Assembly: GCF_008000775.2 (NCBI RefSeq)
Contig: NZ_CP042905.2
Span: forward strand, 3,360,001-3,392,000
DNA from: Promethearchaeum syntrophicum
GTDB taxonomy: Archaea > Asgardarchaeota > Lokiarchaeia > Sigyniarchaeales > Promethearchaeaceae
Length of the DNA stretch: 32,000 bases
Direction of reading: 5' to 3'
A model generated the notes under the pieces. It searched no databases. It was not told the DNA's origin and was given only the letters and a program-made list of their open reading frames with translations. This document shows positions 27,237 through 32,000 of the stretch, one piece after another. Position 1 is the first letter of the stretch, and each line of letters opens with the position of its first letter. The position numbers and the translations under genes are program-made.

Positions 27237-28316
27237 ATGAGAATTTTCAACATTAAAAATAAAATTAACCTAATCAAATCGTTTATCGTGGGAGTATTGT
27301 GGTCTCTTTGGATCTATCTTTGGTTTTTTCATCGATCTTTTATTCTTGGACCTAGGTTTTTTAATCCTTGGGAATATGGTTTTCCATTCAATTATATTAT
27401 AAGTGTATTTACTTTGTATTCGATCTTATATTTACCACAATATAGCGATAATACCAAGTTAAGTCTCATGTATTTGTTGAAGATCTGTATTTATGAATTG
27501 ATAAATATATTAGTCCTCTATGTGGTTTATTTGCAAAATGAATTGATCCCTATAATCATCCTTATCCTATTTCTAAATTTTATCATTGTATCGAGAGCGA
27601 AATATACACAATTAAGGTTTTGGGAGAAATATAAATCCACAATAATATTTAGAGTTAAAAATGAAACCAAAATTAAAGAAAATCATATTAAATTATTCAT
27701 TTTCATCTTTTTAGGAGTCATTCTTCTCAACTTGAGTGGTATTTTTTTTGATGGTGACGGAGATTTAATTTACATTTTATTTTCTATGACACAAATCGTG
27801 TTTTCGGTAGGATATTTCTTATGTGTTTCAGAAAATAGAAAATGGATAGATCGGACTTACGATTTTCTAGCGATATTAGTTCTCAATTTCATCAATCTTA
27901 CCCTTAAGTATGTATTGTGGTCTTACGTAAATCTGTATATGCCAGATGATTGGGTATTTTGGATTGTAGCCTTTTCACTTGAACTTTTTCAAGTGTATAT
28001 CTATTATTCCTTCTTTTCTCGGACCTATCTTGCAGATTTCTCTATTAATCTTCACAAAATACCGGATCCCTTGAAAAAATCTTCAAAAGAACTTACAGTG
28101 CAGGAACAAAGTTACTGCCCAAAATGTGGAAATGAGATTGAACTATTGGATTCTTCAATCGAAAAGGAAAATTCTACTATTTATTGCCCATTTTGTGGTG
28201 AAAAAATAATTAAATATGAATTATTAGATATTTCTGAGGCAGAATTACTCATCAAACATCAAAAAGTTATGCAGCAATTGGATAATAAAAGTGAACCTCG
28301 TTCTTATCTTCCATAA
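27237..28316 (+). CDS. Multi-pass membrane protein with C-terminal zinc ribbon
   Basis: Many hydrophobic helices, then YCPKCGNEIELLDSSIEKENSTIYCPFCGEKI. Confidence 0.8.
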   Translation: MRIFNIKNKINLIKSFIVGVLWSLWIYLWFFHRSFILGPRFFNPWEYGFPFNYIISVFTLYSILYLPQYSDNTKLSLMYLLKICIYELINILVLYVVYLQNELIPIIILILFLNFIIVSRAKYTQLRFWEKYKSTIIFRVKNETKIKENHIKLFIFIFLGVILLNLSGIFFDGDGDLIYILFSMTQIVFSVGYFLCVSENRKWIDRTYDFLAILVLNFINLTLKYVLWSYVNLYMPDDWVFWIVAFSLELFQVYIYYSFFSRTYLADFSINLHKIPDPLKKSSKELTVQEQSYCPKCGNEIELLDSSIEKENSTIYCPFCGEKIIKYELLDISEAELLIKHQKVMQQLDNKSEPRSYLP

Positions 28317-28328
28317 AATCTCACACGG

Positions 28329-28592
28329 GTGAAATCTATGGGCAAATCAAGTCAAGAAAAAATCGAATACGCACAGCAATTATTAAGCGCGGATATTCCT
28401 TACCGGGAAATTCAGGAATATTTGAAATTGCGATTCGGATCCGGGATGTCAAATACAACCTTGCAAAAACTTCAAGATGAACATGATGAAATCACGCGTT
28501 TAAAAGAAGAATTAAAACGGTGCAAATATCAGTTAGATCTCTACAAACGACTGTATAATGAATTACTTGAAAAATTGCAGGGGAAACTTTAA
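28329..28592 (+). CDS. Small HTH/coiled-coil protein
   Basis: HTH-like SADIPYREIQEYLKLRFGSGMSNTTLQKLQDE followed by coiled-coil ITRLKEELKRCKYQLDLYKRLYNELLEKLQ. Closely follows 27237..28316. Confidence 0.6.
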   Translation: MKSMGKSSQEKIEYAQQLLSADIPYREIQEYLKLRFGSGMSNTTLQKLQDEHDEITRLKEELKRCKYQLDLYKRLYNELLEKLQGKL

Positions 28593-28786
28593 TGAATTCA
28601 CGAATTACTCCTAAATCGTTTTTTATCATACATTAGTTTATATTCGTTGTTTGCTAATATCTAAAAGTAGAAGAAGAAAAAGTTAAGTCTCGAATCATAT
28701 TATGAAATAAAAAGATGCCTAATCGAATGAAAATCAAGTTATTTTTCAAGTTTATGAAGAAAAAAAAAAAAAGGATAATGAATAGC

Positions 28787-31700
28787 AATGAGCAATCTTT
28801 TGGGTTTTTACCTTAATCAAACAAGACGTGGGATTAAACGATCTTATATTGTTATTTTTTCCATTGGGTTGGCATTATCCATGGTTTGGGCAGTAAATTT
28901 TACCATTGAAGGTGGATTATCTGAAAGATTTCCCACGGAATTTTCTAATGCAGAAGATTTTATTATCCAAACCCGTCAAGTTGGAAATGTTAGTAATGCA
29001 GAAATTGTACAAGAAATTTCAACATTAAATGAAACTTTACGAGATACTCCAGAAGAAGAATGTAAAAATGGGTTAGAATATAACAGTTATTCTTTCTTAG
29101 ATTTGAAGATTGATGGAGGGAGTTTTGGTGCCCGTCCAGATGCAACACGAATCATTGAAAGATATAATTTCCTTAAAGCAAATGTCCATTTTTTAATTTA
29201 TGAACCCTCTTACTTTTCTTCCTACCGGTTTCAAGCGTTATTTAATATCTTGGAAGGGGTTTATCCATCCTCACCAGATGAAGTATTAGTCCCTTATCTA
29301 TTCAAAGAATTTTTTTTTTACCAGCTTGGTGACACCCTTGATATGGATTTTTTTCTAGGAGATATTCTACTAAGATCCGCAGATATGTATCCAATTAACA
29401 ATTCCATTACATTTGGCTTAGAAGGGGATTATCAAATCTTCCGTTTAAATGGGAGTACGATAGCTGGATTCTATGCCCCAAAAATTGAAGATATTACGTT
29501 ATTGGGATATGAGTATAATTTTTATGCAACAGATCAAACTTTTTTACAATCCACGGGATATGATTGGCGCATAACAGAGTTTTACCAGACTCCCCTCTTT
29601 TTTAGTTCAGATTTTAGTGATGATGATTTAGATGTCCACCCTGTGATAGATTTATATTCACAATTAAACCAAAATGAAACTTTCTACGAATTATTAGTGG
29701 ATAATGTTTGGTCTCCGTCACTTTCTTTCACAAATGACTTAATCCATTTTGGAAATTGTATTGAAATCGATCGAGCATTTTTAATCCATGATAAAACCAT
29801 CCAATTAAAAAATCAAATTCTTGACTTGGATAATATTTTGACAAACAATTTGGCTTTAGATTATATTGTTTTTAACCGAATGTCTTCTGAACTGAGCGAA
29901 ATAATGGACCAGCAATCAAGGACGAGATTTCTAAGCCTGTTGATAAATATACCGGTGATGATTTTTTCTCTTTTTATTTCGATTATGAACATTCGGGCTT
30001 CAGAATCTAGTCGGATATCAGACCTATTCCAATTAAGTATTAAAGGAATGACTAAAAAACAAATAAAAGAACAATTGGGTTTTGAAATTGTTTTTGTTGG
30101 AATTTTTAGTAGTATTATTGGGTTCATCTTGGGAGCAGGTTTTTTCTTTTTTATCAGATCCAGTTTATCCCCCATATTTTTCCCAACTTTGACACCTAAG
30201 CAAATTCCTTTGATTATTTCACCTATTTGGGTAGGAATCACGATATTGATAGGTGTGATAATCTCATTCTTTTCCTATAAGCCCACTTTGAAGATTATAA
30301 AATATACAGAAGTTGGAGATATGGCAGAAGCAATTGAAACCAAAGATCTCCAAGCGATCTATAACGAAAAAACAACTTACGAAAACCTTACTCCTCAGAT
30401 CCAAAGGAAAAAACCATTGGAAAAACATAATAATAAGAACAAAAAGAAAAAAGACCAATATGAAGATTCTATTGTTAATACGGAAAAAAAAATTCCGAAA
30501 TGGTCCTATCTCTTGGTACCAACTATATTAATTCCCATTTTTCTATTCGTCTCCGCCAATTATGCCATAGATCATCCTGTTGGACAATTTTGGATAGACT
30601 TAGTTGGTAATATGTATTACGATTTCAGAACTTATTTGGTTATTGTCTTAGGAGGAACGATTCTTTTAAGTGTCTATGGATTATATCGGTTTTTTATAGT
30701 AGAATCACCTCGTCGGATGGCAAAATTAACCAAATTCTTATCAAAACCATTAACCCGAAGATTGGATTATATTTTTGGATTGGAAATGGTCAGAAGGCGG
30801 GAATTTCGTTATATAATCTTATTAGTCTCAATTTTTACAAGTTTATCTGTAATGATAAATCCAATAACAGTTTCTCTTCAAAGTTATCCTATTTTAGTCG
30901 AAAATTTAAATGTTGGAGGGGATATTAAAGTTGAAGTAGAATTTGACCAAGGAGGGATCCAAGATTCTAATTTTTTTCCACAATTTAAGATAGATCTTCA
31001 AACGAATATCAGCCAAAAGCTAAATACTCAAATCGGGGACAATACATATGTTATGAGCCAAAATCCCGAATTTTATTATCAAGGTGAAGAAGAAGAAATT
31101 GTACATCCCACTTCCTATTATTTAAATTTTCCCGAATACTTGACCACAATTTCTTCTAAGAATAAAATTTTACCTGACGATGAGATTTCCCAAAGCCTAG
31201 AAGTAACCATAGAGTATAATGAACACGCAGAAAAAGATCAAGTTGGTTTGATTTTATCCCACTATTTTAGTTATTATGATGATGTTTCACAATATGAGAA
31301 TTTCTATCTTAATTTCTCTTATTTTAATCATATAACCGAGAAAATCGAAAGTAAGTGGTTGGAATGTGAAGTTATCGCCCGTGTGAATTATATGCCGGGA
31401 CTCTATAATCACTATTCCCGATATAATTCAGGTAGTAATTTATTTTTAGACATCTCTCAGGTACTCCCTCCCAACTGCACGGTTTATTCTTTAAAACATA
31501 CTTATTTATTAAATCTTGAACATCAAACCGAAATTCCTTTAGATTTTGCACAAGATCTTAAGATGAAAATACAAAACTATGCGAAATTCAGTTCTGTATA
31601 TTTATATAATTATGAATGGTTGGAATATTCTCGAGGATTTGTAATACTTAAAACTAAAATGGGCTACAGTCTTTATTCTTTGTTAGTTATTGGGCTTATT

Positions 31701-32000
31701 TTAGGGATCGGGCAAGGATTAATTTTTACCCAGACATCAAAAGCTAATAACCAATTTCATGGAAATTTAATGGTTCGCGGAGTAGCAAAGAAACAGATCT
31801 TTAAATTTGGATGCACTCAATTAGGACTCTTTATCGGGTTTGCTATAGTCTTTTCGATTACAAGTGCGGTGATACCTCTCATAAGTGCCCTTCGATTTTC
31901 CCAGATTACTTTTATGTTTGAACATTATGCTTATATGGGTTCACCGTTTACGATACAATATCCTATTTTCGTCAATTGGGGAATTCTATTTGGAAATATA
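28787..32000 (+). CDS. Large FtsX-like ABC transporter permease (partial, continues beyond right edge)
   Basis: My translation from ATG 28787 (MSNLLGFYLNQTRRGIKRSYIVIFSIGLALSMVW...) stays open to the window end. It contains FtsX-like cores (MIFSLFISIMNIRASESSRISDLFQLSIKGMTKKQI...; LGIGQGLIFTQTSKANNQFHGNLMVRGVAKKQIFKF...). Confidence 0.85.

Noticed and set aside
28754-28772. A12-like homopolymer just before the FtsX ORF
   Set aside because: Short adenine run in an AT-rich intergenic region; unremarkable apart from possible sequencing error risk, and the ORF start at 28787 does not depend on it.

Overview
This is an AT-rich archaeal chromosomal window. The gene content suggests an Asgard-type archaeon: eukaryote-like ribosomal protein eS26, a TFB gene next to a GAR1-like gene, archaeal ThrRS, Taw1/TYW1, and several Roadblock/LC7-like proteins. 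That lineage call is inference only. Recognisable genes are: class I fumarase alpha (runs off the left edge), MobB-like P-loop protein, a PIN-domain protein with a long helical C-terminus, an FG-GAP/VCBS surface protein, an MFS transporter, eS26, a CDP-alcohol phosphatidyltransferase, two clear and one possible Roadblock-like proteins, a RelE/YafQ-like toxin with an unusually long upstream partner, TFB, GAR1-like, an EngB-like GTPase, an acidic-repeat protein, a HAD phosphatase, ThrRS, Taw1, three zinc-ribbon/membrane proteins, a CPBP protease, a tandem wHTH protein and a very large FtsX-like permease (runs off the right edge). Most notable leads: (1) a compact two-gene RelE-like module whose putative antitoxin is a 331-aa protein with an antitoxin-like tail, lying between two Roadblock paralogs; (2) a roughly 270-nt non-coding region (about 9791-10063) with nested inverted repeats ending in a T10 tract, a candidate structured RNA; (3) an 11-bp-period TGATGATA repeat upstream of a possible third Roadblock-like gene; (4) repeated ATCTTAAGAT palindromes upstream of the MFS gene; (5) a zinc-ribbon/membrane protein cluster at 21.4-28.6 kb. 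No CRISPR array, tRNA, rRNA or clear transposon was found.
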